Assembly: GCA_003427395.1 (NCBI GenBank)
Contig: BFEA01000034.1
Span: 727,292-791,291 of the forward strand
Direction of reading: 5' to 3'
Source of the DNA: Chara braunii
Taxonomy: Eukaryota; Plantae; Charophyceae
Length of the DNA: 64,000 nucleotides
The position numbers were made by a program, and so were the translations under genes. Of this stretch, positions 38,912-54,412 are shown piece by piece. The first letter of the stretch is position 1; every line of letters starts with the position of its first letter. The notes beneath the pieces are model-generated. The model saw nothing but the letters and a program-made list of their open reading frames with translations, was not told where the DNA came from and did no database searches.

Positions 38912-40493
38912 ACGGTGTATATAAAGGGCAGGGACGTGATAAGCGCGAGCTGATGACTCGCGGTTACTAGGCATTCCTCTTTCAAGATCGATAATTACAA
39001 CAATCTACCACATCGCGGTGAACCNNNNNNNNNNNNNNNNNNNNNNNNNNNNNNNNNNNNNNNNNNNNNNNNNNNNNNNNNNNNNNNNNNNNNNNNNNNN
39101 NNNNNNNNNNNNNNNNNNNNNNNNNNNNNNCTTTTTTTTCCTTCTTCTTCCTTTTTCCTTCTTCTGCTTTTTTTTTCTTTTTTTCTTTTTTTTTTTCTTC
39201 TTCTTCTTTTCTCATTCCTTCTAATTCGTCTTTCTACTCCTCGTGCGCCATCTTCTGCTGCGTAGTCACCTTCTTTTCTCGCGCGTTTTTTCTCTTGCGC
39301 CCGCACCCCCTTGCTCTTCTATCAGCCCGCAACCGTCCGAGTTCGTCGAGCTCCGCTACCCCTTTGCCCTTCTTTCTGGCGGAGTCGAACGGGCCACGGT
39401 CGCAGCTCACCCGACAAAGCAGTCATCAGTCCCACTCAAACGAATTTGCCCTTTAATCCATGGCAGATTCATCGAAACATTTGGTTGCACATACAAACTT
39501 TTGTAGGGCAAAGGAAAAACAAAACAAAATAAATAAATAAATAATAAAAAAAATAAAAGAAAGAAATCTATTGAGATTTAAATAGGGAAAATAATCTATC
39601 TACTAACTACCCCGATGTTCCACTTGTCGTGCCAGTACTGCGACGGGGTCTCAGAAAGATCTAACTATAACTACCAACTACTTTGCTCTAATCGTGAAGA
39701 CATGGGTTCGAGTCCCACCTACCGGATGCGTCGTGAAATACGGCCCTCGTAGGGCTGGCCTCGGGCAGAAAGGAGCTAGTCCGGAGGCAAGGTGGACTCG
39801 TTCCCTAAGTCTGTCACTTAATAATCTGCACCCAAACCTACTGGGCTAACTCCTACTTCGAGTAGAAAAAGAGTTGTCCAGGTATAAGTATAGGAGTGGG
39901 GCTTAGTCCGCCTAGTGACCCGACCATTCCTAAGTCTGTGTGTGCGCACGCTTACCGGCCGGCATGCCTGCCTGAGTGCTTGTCGGCTTGAATGCGTGCG
40001 TGAGTACAAGGCACTTGGTTCTTTTGAAAAGGCCTGCGGGGCCGGTACTTACCTGTAGCCGTGACATTGACGGGTGCGGTGGGGGAAGCACCCAGGTGGC
40101 AGGTAGAAGAAGCCCGCAGTACTTAGAGTAGCGGAGAGTAGTAGGTTTGTCGGTACCAGTCCAAATAGAGGTAGATGTACCGGGTATTCGAGGCCGAGTA
40201 GAAGAAGAAAAAAAGTTGGCATTTTTACACGCTCAGTACCGGTAGGTAGACAAGTATCAGCCCAAGTCTCAACGTGTGTCGTAGATCTACCCAACATGAC
40301 ACTGACACAGTCAACCCTTCGACCTTTTCGGTCGGAGGGTATTACTACTAACCTAACCATCACAGTGCGCGTCACAACAACGAGAGTTCATACTCTCAAA
40401 ATTTTCTCACCGATTCGCCTCGGCCTCAATGGTCGAGGAAATTGTTTTCAAAGTGTCGTCCGAAAACGCGTATACTTTTAAGTTCTGACCAAC
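38111..40493 (-). repeat. Family 1 LTR A (3' LTR; U3 end and PPT deleted relative to B)
   Basis: Begins TATCGGGCG (TG mutated to TA); matches LTR B up to ...AAGTTC(T/A)GACCAACT, then jumps to sequence equivalent to ~47686. Confidence 0.85.
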
Positions 40494-41515
40494 TAACTAC
40501 CTCAGTTGATTCCTTCATCATGGTGGTCACCCCTCTGGTTTCAACTCCAGGCCAAAACCGGAAGGTCCGTTGTCTGGTTATACTTGGTCAGCAACCCACG
40601 CTGAGAGTTACGTCCCAACGATGCCGATTTTCCAACATAGGCTTGGTAATTTCAGTCCCTCAGACTGACCTCCTGAAGTGGATGAACGATGTTCAATTCA
40701 ATATATACCAAAAAAATCATCATCAAAAATATTTTCATCCTTGTCAGGTTGCCACTTTGTGGATGAACGATGTTCACTCCGAAAACCATAAAGATAAATT
40801 TTTCATCGTCAGGTTGCCACTCAATGGATGAACAAGGACCATCGTCAGGTTGCCACTCAGGGATCGTGTCCTCCAAGTCTCGATCACAGCTCGGTCAGAC
40901 ACATGTCTCGGGGATCTTTCAAAAATATACAGAATTATTCAATGTCCCAAATGAAAATGTTGGCTTCCACATTACCATTGATGCAAACATATCTCTGAAA
41001 ATATCAACATTTCATGAATGAGGTAATCGCTTGGATCTCACAAGCTTATCTCAGACTAACCCCATAGAGGAATGAGTGGCGCCTTTTCAAGACATCTCTC
41101 TCATGTCTTTCCAAGTAGGACACTTATCGTGTCTGCTCAATTATATTAATGACCCGAGAGTCCAAAACGATTCCAAGATTCAAAACTGAATTTAGGTCGC
41201 CGTCATACTTACTCATGAGGTTTTGCCTTCAATAATACATTGCACGAATGTACGTATAATACTCAAATCTGAGTATTAAGTTGAAGTTGTCCAAAATGAT
41301 TAAACCCTTTCGACGACAAACATAAAATCGAACCGCACTCCGTCATCCAGATTGATATCTCAAATGAAGAAACATGTTATAAACAACTCGTTACTGTACG
41401 CAGGGTTTCCCCCCTGTTTTCACATAACTTTACAATAGAAGCAGAAATGACATTCTCATGCCATAAAGAATGGATATAAGAGAGAAGGTTAACAATAGCC
41501 GTATTTTTCATCACC

Positions 41516-41669
41516 ACTTCAGGACACCAGCCTGCCTAAACAGGTGGTTTTCAGGGTCTTCGGACCTTTCATCACTTCAGGACCATTCAGGTCTCCCGAA
41601 TGGTCATGAAGTGATGAAAGGTCCGAAGACCCTGAAAGCCACCTGTTTCTGCAGGCTGCATCCAGAAGT
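41516..41669. repeat. Long near-perfect inverted repeat (48-bp core arms 41541-41588 / 41598-41645, 9-nt loop)
   Basis: 46 of 48 positions complementary, plus an imperfect outer stem. Confidence 0.92.
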
Positions 41670-44419
41670 ACTCCTTTAGGCTTAACAGGGGTATATCGTG
41701 TCGAAGGGTAGTGTAATCCAATCAAATGGATAACATCTCAGATCCCGAGCCCCACTTCTAGGACTAAGCCTCACCACATCTCCCTCCGATTTTAGTGCTT
41801 GTACCAAGCTGACCTCGTTGAGCATAGTCAGACAACCCCATTCACAACCATCTAAAGGTCGGTTGATAAGACCATACCTTGTCAGGGTGTGATAGACCTA
41901 CCTAGCATGAACCTCGCTTGGGCTACCACTCAAAGTGTGCTCATACTTAGTAGTAGTTGTCCGACTCACCGTCAGAAATCAAACAAGGCCTTGAACACCT
42001 TCCTCCCTTTCGTCGATAGTGTAGTCATCTCTTCCTTTATAAGGAAAAATAACAAGACTTCACTGTGGACCAGAAACATTGTTCCAGCGTGAGTCTCACT
42101 ATCGCCTACAAGATTTAACTACACCCTCTTCAAGGTTATCAGGCAATGATATCAATCAACGTAGCGATTCTCCAAAGGACAGGTTTTACATGCTGACCTC
42201 CCTTGAAAGAATTTATTATCTTCAAAGGTTGGTCACTCCATTCACCTTCGGTCCCATGCCGAACGTGGATTTCATACAGTTTTTCTATTCTTATCGAGGA
42301 AAACAATTCATAAACATATCCAGACAGACAAAAACATTCACCAAACAATCAATAAATATATACACAACAATTCAAACTTCACTCAACCAAGAACAAAGCA
42401 TACAATGATACGTCACTTGAAACATATTTCATTCATACCAAGTCATACACATTTATCATAGTGGGAATAAGTAGTTTTATCACTCTTTATATAAAACTAA
42501 AATCCGAGGAGTCGGGTTCTCCTCAAGTGGACACTCCCATACTCTGATTATATTGAGTAACCAATCGATAAAAGTCCGACTCTATTTATATAGTTTCAAC
42601 AATAAGATAAATAGACCCCCTTATGCAATGACTCCTAAAGTTAATTCATCATCGTACTCTATCATATACAACCTCAAACGGACACCTATTTTTCGAGTGA
42701 TGAAATAATTACTCATAAAGCTAATTCAATTACGTAGATGACTTGATATTACGATTACTACACTATTTATCCATAATGATTAGTCAATCACTAAGCGAGT
42801 GATGAAATAATTAATTTATATGTCATCATATCCTAAAGGTCAAATTATACTTCCACAGGGCAACCTTATCAACCAGACTCTATACCACACTAGCATAATA
42901 GTCTAATCAGATCTTTACTGAATAGTCAGGTTTTAACTGTCAAAACAGCTCAGCACAATATCACTCACTATATTCCATTTAGTTTTTTACAATACGATTA
43001 TAACATGGTTTCTAAGGCTACCACGTCCTATATGCCTCAAACTTGCCTATCGAAAATGTATGCTGAATGCCAAGAACCCTTTGTGTCTTGATAAAACCTG
43101 TATACAGTCGTTCACTACCACTTAAATGCATCTATTACACAAATGTTACACGATATATCCTCAGAAAGTTAGGCAACGGTCGAGAGACCGAGTCTATTAT
43201 TAGGACCTAATATCATATAACTCTAAAAATTTGACGATCTAGTTACACTATGTAAGCAATGACTGATAGGGTTAGTTTATTTACAGTCTTGTACTTTGAC
43301 TATATGACAAATGACCTTGCAACGCACATAGTCCTCAAGTAGGAAGCCTAACACCTATATTTTCTTCAAGGGCCTACAAATGCCTATTTGATATTTACGC
43401 ATATTATTCAACTTCAAAAGGGAACTAACAACACACATCACCTTTCAAAAACACAAGATTGAGATATTGCCCTGATAGTAAGACTATTCGTGACGATCCT
43501 GTCTAAAGAATCGAAACTTGATGAGATTATGCGCTAGGACCTGTGGACTTTTCATTATACAAGTTATCTCGTTGTCCCTACTATTCACACCAACAAAGGA
43601 TGTAGAGGATTCTCTACCTTGCAAGGTGATAAGCAATGAACTGAATAGATAATTGAATCGGACAAGGAACGAAATTCCGTCATAACCCTACCTCATAGAG
43701 TCATAGATATGACTAAAGAGACACAGGAAAAGAAAGTAGTGTCAAAGTAAGGCTGACAAAGTCAGTCTATATTACCTAAATATAAATAGAATAGTTACTC
43801 ACACACCTATCTCTCCTTGATCCCTGAGCATTTTAAGAGAGTTAACGTAGTCGTTAATCTTCTAATTACTGAAGTCGACAAGTCCCAGTTACACAGACGA
43901 ATGTCCCGAGTACAGAAACTGAAGGACGAAGCTAGCATACACAAATACCTCCCTCAAATCGTTCACTACCCCAACTTCTAACTTCTATGTAAAAGTATCA
44001 CATTCACTAGCTGACATAGACTTCTAACTATCATATACTTCAGTTCGTTCTTCTAAAGACGTTGGTAGGTAGTCCAAGTCCCTAACAACATGACCCTTGC
44101 AGGTATTATCGATATAACTGCACACCTTTCCAAGCGCATCACATTTATTTGATACAATTCCAACCTGTATATCACAGGCTATATCAGTTTGATTAAAGGT
44201 TGTCGTTTTGTCGTGATCATCGTCTTACCATACCCGAGTTCGTTCACTGAGGACCTCGGTTGGAAGTGAGATTCCCCGACAACAGGTTAACTCGTTGCCG
44301 GTGGACACCCTTATTAACGATAATCATGCTGAGAATTAAATTAAGGTTGTCGTCTAGGGAGGACTTCAATTTACCAAACCCATGTCCGTTCGCATAGGAC
44401 CCCAGCAGACAATCGAAGA

Positions 44420-44437
44420 TCCCCGGCAACAGCGCCA
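44420..44437 (-). promoter_or_regulatory. Primer-binding site, tRNA-Asp type (TGGCGCTGTTGCCGGGGA)
   Basis: 17/18 match to the Athila-type PBS TGGCGCCGTTGCCGGGGA, 2 nt from the LTR end. Confidence 0.9.
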
Positions 44438-44439
44438 CC

Positions 44440-46923
<2,484 letters not shown>

Positions 46924-49900
46924 GTATTCCCATACCTTATTAAGCGACGTCCCCGTCGCTAGGGATGTTTATCACAATCATCTATACAATTTCCCCTTAT
47001 ATCGTTTTCCATGATCAAATGAACTAAAAAATATGGCATGATCGATAACACCACTGGACAGATGAAACAATACAAAACAATACATGTATCTCCGTTACTC
47101 CTTGGAAGAGAAGGTAATTCCCTTTCCCGAAATAAGGTGCATCTTTGATAAGTGGATACCAAAATCTGAGTCCCTGGAGTGAAGTGTGGTTCATGATTGA
47201 CATTGTCACCTCACGTTTCATTGTTACTGCCGGGATTTTAACTTGGGTCTCCCACATTATACAAAATAAATCCAATAACTTGAAGTGGGGATACTTGATC
47301 TATGCTACAGCACACGAAATCGTCAAGTATGACAATGCTTCCTCCTTCCCCTCACCCTTAGACTTTTAACCCACGTCATCGTTGGTTGTCTTCAGGGTCA
47401 TTGTCCGCATGCGAACTCAACCCCTCAAATGCGGGTCCTAATCGAGACCTTGGATGTCTAACTTTTGATATTAATATCCAAAGTTGTCAGCCGTCATACC
47501 CGAAGTCTAATACAGGAGGACACGCAGTCTCCATCTTGACCCACCTCAATCCTGCTGATCAGGCCAGAGTTGCGGCCCACCGTGTTGTAACTTTAATAGT
47601 GGTTCCCGTATTGGTTGCGCAATAACGGGTAAGTCTTATCATTAAAAATTTTACATATTTCAAAGACTACTTTCAACCCCTCCGGTAACTACCTGAGTTG
47701 ATTCCTTCATCAAGGTGGCCACCCCTCTGGTCTCAACTCCAGGCAAAAACCGGAAGGTCCGCTGTCTGGTTATACTTGGTCATCAGCCCACGCTGAGAGT
47801 TACGTCCCAACGATGCCAATTTTCCACCATAGGCTTGGTAATTTCAGTCCCTCATATTGACCTCCTAAAGTGGATGAACGATGTTCAATTCAATATACAC
47901 CAAAAAAATCATCATCAAAAATATTTTCATCCTTGTCAGTTTGCCAATTTGTGGATGAACGATGTTCACTCCAAAAACCATAAAGATAAATTTTTCATTG
48001 TCAGGTTGTCACTCAGTGGATGAACAAGGAGCATCGTCAGGTTGCCACTCAGGGATCGTGTCCTCCAAGTCTCGATCACAACTCGGTCAGACATATGTCT
48101 CGGGGATCTTTCAAAAATTTATAGAATTATTCAATGTCCCAAATGAAAATGTTGGCTTCCACGTTACCATTGATGCAAAGATATCTTTCAAAATATCAAC
48201 ATTTCCCGAATGAGTTTATCTCTTGGATCTCACAGGCTTATCTCATACTAACCCCATAGAGGAATGACTGGCGCATTTTCAAGACATCTCTCTGATGTCT
48301 TTCTAAGCAGGACATTTATCATGTCTGCTCAAATATATTAATGACCCGAGGGTCGAAAAAAATTCCAAGATTCAAACTCAATTTAGATCGTCGTCATACT
48401 GACTTCTGAGGTTTTGCCCTCAATAATACATTGCACGAATGTTCGCATAATACTCAGATATGGGTATTAAGCTGAAGTTGTCCAAAATGATTAAACCCTT
48501 TCGATGACAATCATAAAATCGAACCACACTCCGTCATCCAGATTGATATCTAAAATGAAGAAACATGTTATAAACAACTCGTTACTGTACGCAGGGTTTT
48601 CCCCCTGTTTTCACGAAACTTTACAATAGAAGTGTAAATGACATTTTTCTGCCATAAAGAATGAATATAACTCAAGATAAAGGAAGAAATGCTTGAGAAG
48701 GCAAAAAGTAAATAATATTTCATACGATACCAAAATATTTAGTCATACCAATTCAAATCAAACAAACATAAACTAGTAACCTAATTAATAATTAAAATAA
48801 CCGTTATAATTGAAACTTCATAAGAACAAATCACATCGAAGTTAAAACGATGACATAAGATATACTACTCCTTCAGGCTTAACAGGGGTATATCGTGCGG
48901 GATGAGGGGTGGTGTAATCCAATCAAAAGGATAACATATCAGATCCCGAGCCTCGCTTCTAGGACTAAGCCTCACCACATCTCCCTCCAATTTCAGTGCT
49001 TGTACCAAGCTGACCTCATCGAGCACAGTCAGACAACCTCATTCACATCTATCTAAAGGTCGGTTGGTAAGACCATACCTTGTTGGGGTGTGATTGACCT
49101 ACCTAGCATGAACCTCGCTTGGGCTACCACTCCAAGTGTGCTCAGACTAAGTAGTAGTTGTCCGACTCACCGTCAGAAATCAAACAAGGCCTTGGACACC
49201 TTCCTCCCTTTCGTCGATAGTGTAGTCACCTCTTCCTGTATAAGAAAAAATGACAACACCTCACTGTGGACCAGGAACATTGTTCCGGCGTGAGTCTCAC
49301 TATCGCCTACAGGACTTAACTATACCCTCTTCAAGGTTATCCGGCAATGATATCAATCAACGTAGCAATTCTCCAAAGGACAGGTTTTACATGCTAACCT
49401 CCATTGAGAGAATTTATTCTCTTAAAAGGTTGGTTACTCCATTCACCTTCGGTCTCATGCCGAACGTGGATTTCATACAGTTTTTCTATTCTTATCGAGA
49501 AGAACGATTCATAAACATATCCAGACAGACAAAAACATTCACCAAGCAATCCGTAAATATATACACAATAGTTCAAACTTCACTCAACCAAGAACAAAAC
49601 ATACAATGGTACGTCACTTGAAACATATTTCATTCATTCCCACATACAATCATTCACACCAAGTCATACACATTTATCATAGTGGGAATAAGTAGTTTTA
49701 TCACTTTTATATAAAACTGAAATCCGAGGAGTCGGGTTGTCATAAAGTGGACACTCCCATACGCTGATTATATTGAGTAACCAATCGATAAAAGTCCGAC
49801 TCTATTTATATAGTTTCAACAATAAGATAATTAGACCCCCTTATGCAATGACTCCTAAAGCTAATTCATCATCGTTCTCTATCATATACAACCTCAAACA

Positions 49901-51489
49901 GACACCTACTTTTCACGTAGATGACCTGATATTACGTTTACTACACTATTTGTCCATAATGATTAGTCAATCACTAAGCGAGTGATGAAATAATTAGTTT
50001 ATATGTCATCATATCCTAAAGCTCAAATTATACTTCCACAGGGCAACCTTATCAACTAGACTCTATACCACACTAGCATAATAGTCTGATCAGATCTTTA
50101 CTGAATAGTCAGGTTCTAACTGTCAAGACAACTCAACACAGTATCACTCACTATATTCCATTTAGTTTTTCACAATATGATTACAACCTGGTTTCTAAGG
50201 CTACCACGTCATATATGCCTTAAACTTGCCTATCGAAAATGTATGCTGAATGCCAAGAACCCTTTGTGTCTTGATAAAACCTAATATACAGTCGTTTACT
50301 ACCACTTAAATGCATCTATTACATAAATGTTACACGATATATCCTCAGAAAGTTAGGCAACCGTCGAAAGATCGAGTTTATTATTAGGACCTAATATCAT
50401 ATAACTCTAAAAATTTGACGATCTAGTTATACTATGTAAGCAATGACTAATAGGGTTAGTTTATTTACAGTCTTGTACTTTGACTATATGACAAATAACA
50501 ACACACATCACCTTTCAAAAGGGCAAGATTGAGATACGCCCCTGATAGTAAGACTATTCGTGACTATCTTGTATAAAGAATCGAGACTTAATGAGATTAT
50601 GCACTAGGACCTGTGGACTTTTCATTATACAAGTTATCTCGTTGCCCCTACTATTGACACCAACAAAGGATGTAGAGGATTCTCTACCTTGTAAGGTGAT
50701 AAGCAATAAACTGAATAGATAATTGAATCGGACAAGGAACGAAATTCCGTCATAACCCTACCTCATAGAGTCATAGATATGACTAAAGAGACACAGGAAA
50801 GGAAAGCAGTGTCAAAGTAAGGTTGACCAAGTCAGTCTATATTACCTAAATATAAATAAAATAGTTACTCACACACCTATCTCTCCTTGACCCCCGAGCA
50901 TTTTAAGAGAGTTAACGTAGTCGTTAATCTTCTAACTACTTAAGTCGACAAGTCGCGGTTACACAGACGAATGCCTCGGGTACATAAGCTGAAGTACGGA
51001 TCTACGATACACAAATACCTCCCTCATATCATTCACTACCCCACATTCTAACTTCTTTGTAAAAGTATCATATTTACTAACTTACATAGACTTCTAACTA
51101 TCATATACCTCAGTTCGTTCTTCTAAGGACGTTGGTAGGTAGTCCAAGTCCCTAACAACATGACCCTTGCATGTATTATTGATATAACTGCACACCTTTC
51201 CAAGCGCATCACATTTATTTGATACAATTCCAACCCGTATATCACAGGCTATATCAGTTTGATTAAAGGTTGTCGTTTTGTTGTGATCATCGCCTTACCA
51301 TACCCGAGTTCGTTTACTAAGGACCTCGGCTGGAAGCGAGATTCCCCGACAACGGGTTAACTCGTTGCCTGTGGGCACCCTTATTAACGATAATCATGCT
51401 GACAATTAAATTAAGGTCGTTGTCTAGCGAGAACTTCAATTTATCAAACCCAGGTCCGTTCGCATAGGACCCCGACAGGCAACCGAAGG

Positions 51490-51507
51490 TCCCCGGCAAC
51501 GGCGCTA
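51490..51507 (-). promoter_or_regulatory. Primer-binding site, tRNA-Asp type (TAGCGCCGTTGCCGGGGA)
   Basis: 17/18 match, 2 nt from LTR C. Confidence 0.9.
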
Positions 51508-51509
51508 CC

Positions 51510-51805
51510 TGTCGGGCGTGGCGGTCCCACACCCAGATGTAAAGTAATTTTTTTTGTGTCGGACCTCACGGTCGCATCACACAGGAGTTTTAAGCGATTA
51601 AGCGAAAGACCATACGCGCCAGCTATACCTCTCGCATCGTCAACTTGCCTCTTTCCGACTGTATTCAACCAGCCGCCGCAGCAGAAAGCTTTGAATGTAC
51701 CTCGTCGCAAACGACGGCCTGGTTAATTCAATTTGATGATTGGACATTCTCCATTCCCATCTTTCAACTCCTCCCCCTTTTTTCTACCTCCTACTCATAC
51801 ACACA

Positions 51806-51852
<47 letters not shown>

Positions 51853-52272
51853 GTATGTATGCGGTAGTGTATATATCCACGTTCTAGCGGTAAATTCATT
51901 CGATTTTATATTTATTTATTTTATATTATTTTATTTATCATATCGATGGAAGTACCATGAGGTAAGCCGTGAGATTGAAGGCTTACCTATTCTCTCTTCG
52001 TCGTCGCCGTCATCACCGTCGTCGATCTTCGTCGTTGTCGTCAGCATCGTCGGTCTTCGTCGTCAGTCTTCATCGTCGTCGGTCTTCGTCGTCAGCGTCG
52101 TCGGTCTTCGTCGTTGTCGTCAGCGTCGTCGTTGTCGTCTTTTTCCTTCCACTTTCCTCTCGTTCTCTCTCTCCCGCTCCTTCTCCTTCTTCTCCTCCCT
52201 CTAAATGATAAGGTTCAATGAGCTTTCCACAACACCCCCTGCGGCAAACCGCGGAGATCACTGCGATCCAGT

Positions 52273-52308
<36 letters not shown>

Positions 52309-54412
52309 CGGTGTGTACAAAGGGCAGGGACGTGATCAGCGAAAGCTGATGACTCGCGCTTATTAGGCATTCCTCTTTCCACACGTGGTCAACGACACTC
52401 CGAATCTTCGCTGAAACTCATTCTGAAGTGGAGAACTTTCAACATTTTTGAAGTTCTTCAAAGTCGAGTATCAATGATTTTAGAAGTTTTGAAAATGTTG
52501 AATGCCCCTACGTTGAATAAATCTTCAAAATATTCAACGTCTGCCCCCCTGTTTGAGTGTATAAAACAATGAAAATTTTGAAGATTCTGAAGTGGTGAAA
52601 ATGTTGAAAATTATGAAGTACACCCCCTTGTCCGAGTGTGTAGGAATGCTGAAGTTTGTGAAAATTGTGAAGTGGTAAAAATGTTGAAGATTCCGAACCC
52701 CCTTTCCCCCCCTGCCTCCGCCTGTTTTGTTTCTTTAAGGGGAGGGCGTTCAAAATCTTCGACGTTTTCACCACTTTATAATTTTCGAAATCTTTAGCGT
52801 CTACCCCTCTATCTAAGCGTATAGAAACGCTGAAGATTTTGAAGATTCTGAAGTGGTGAAGATGCTGAAAATTCTGAAGTACACCCCCCTCTATCCGAGT
52901 GTGTAGGACGCTGAAAATTCTGAAGTGGTGGAAACGCTGAAGATTCTGAATCCCTCTCGTGCCTCCTCTTGTAAGGGGGGGGGGGTTTAGAATCTTCCGC
53001 GTTTTCACCACTTCGAAATTTTCACAATCTTCAACATTCGTCCCCTTGTATAAGTATGTAGAAATATTAAAAATTCTGAAGATTCTGAAGTGCTGAAGAT
53101 ACTGAAAACTCTGAACTACACCTCTTTTCGTCTGAGTATGTAGGAATGCTGAAGATTCTGAAAATTTTGAAGTGGTGAAAACATTGAAGATTTTGAACAC
53201 TCCCCACCCCCCCTCCTCTCTAAGCTTATAAAAATGTTGAAGTTTTTTAGCATTATAAAGTGGTGAATCCATTGAAGACGCTGAACCGACCCCACGTCTC
53301 TAGGTTTGTACCTCCCCTGTTCGAGTGCTTAGTGTGTATGAACGTTGAACGCACTCTATGTACACCCCCTTATCCGAGTGTGTAGGAACGCTGAAAATTC
53401 TGAAAATTTTGAAGTGGTGAAAATGTTGAAGATTCTAACCCCCCCCCTTCCCCCGTGCTTCCGCCTGTTTTGTTTATTTAAGGGGAGGGGATTCAGAATC
53501 TTCGACGTTTTCACCGCTTCATAATTTTCAGAATCTTCAACGTCTACCCCCTATCTAAGTGTAGAGAAACGTTGAAAATTCTGAAGTGGTGAAGATGCTG
53601 AAAATTCTGAAGTAAGCCCCCCTCTATCCGAGTGTGTAGAACGCTGAAGATTTTTAGAATAAAGAAGTTTTAAAACGCCAAAAATTAACCCCCCCCCCCC
53701 CCGTGCCTCCCCCAATGAGGTCGGGGGGGGTTTTAAATCTTCAGCGTTTTCACCGCTTCAAAATTTTCAAAATCTTCATCATTCGTCCCCTTGTATGAGT
53801 GTGTAGTAATGTTGAAGATTCTGAAGATTCTGAAGTGGTGAAGATGCTGAAAACTCTAAACTGCACCACCTTTCGTTCGAGTATGTAGGAACGCGGGGGA
53901 TTCCAAAAATTATGAAGTGGTGAAAAGGTTGAAGATTTTGAACCGCCCCCCTTCTCTAAGCTTATAAAAATGTTGAACTAGGCTTGTACCTCCCCTTTCC
54001 GAGTCTTCAAAATATTAAAGTACACCTCCCCTGTTCGAGTGTTTATGTTCGAGTGTGTATGAAGGTTGAACACACTCTACGAATACGATGAATATTAGAG
54101 GACCCGTTAACCATCTCTCCCTCTTTCAAGATCGATAATTACAACAATCTACCGCGTTGCGGTGAACCCCCTTCCGTTCTCCCTCTTCTTTTTCTTTTTC
54201 TTCTTTTTCTTCTTCTTTTTCTTCTTCTTTTCTCCTTTTTCTCCTTCTTCTTCTCTTCTTTTTCTTCTTCTTCTTCTTCTTCTTTTTCTTCTCTCATTCC
54301 TTCTACTTCGTCTTTCTCCTCCTTGTGCTCCATCTTCTGCTGCGCAGTCACCTTCTTTTCTCGCGTGTTCTTTCTCTTGCGCCCGCACCCCCTTGCTCTT
54401 CTGTCCGCTCGC
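51510..54412 (-). repeat. Family 1 LTR C (partial; contains an hAT-like insert; interrupted at 54412)
   Basis: Collinear with LTR A/B at 51510-52379 and 54120-54412. Confidence 0.85.
52380..54119. mobile_element. Non-autonomous hAT-like DNA element built of short repeats
   Basis: Absent from LTR A/B; 8-bp TSD CCTCTTTC (52372-52379, 54120-54127); degenerate TIR core TGGT(C/T)AACG; many (GAAGATT)CTGAAGTGGTGAA motifs in both orientations; ~740-bp internal duplication. Confidence 0.7.

Noticed and set aside
44420-44437. tRNA-Asp gene fragment on the plus strand
   Set aside because: Only the 3'-terminal ~18-20 nt including CCA match, next to an LTR: this is a primer-binding site, not a tRNA gene.
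46924-47360. Alternative LTR B ends at ~46987 or ~47334, next to pyrimidine tracts
   Set aside because: The end at 46923 gives TGTCGG...CCGACA termini and aligns over ~50 nt with the LTR start at 58935.
52400-54100. Regularly recurring short repeats resembling a CRISPR array; also the 254-aa ORF at 52508-53272
   Set aside because: Eukaryotic context, no unique spacers, mixed orientation, no cas genes; the ORF is a translation of the repeats.
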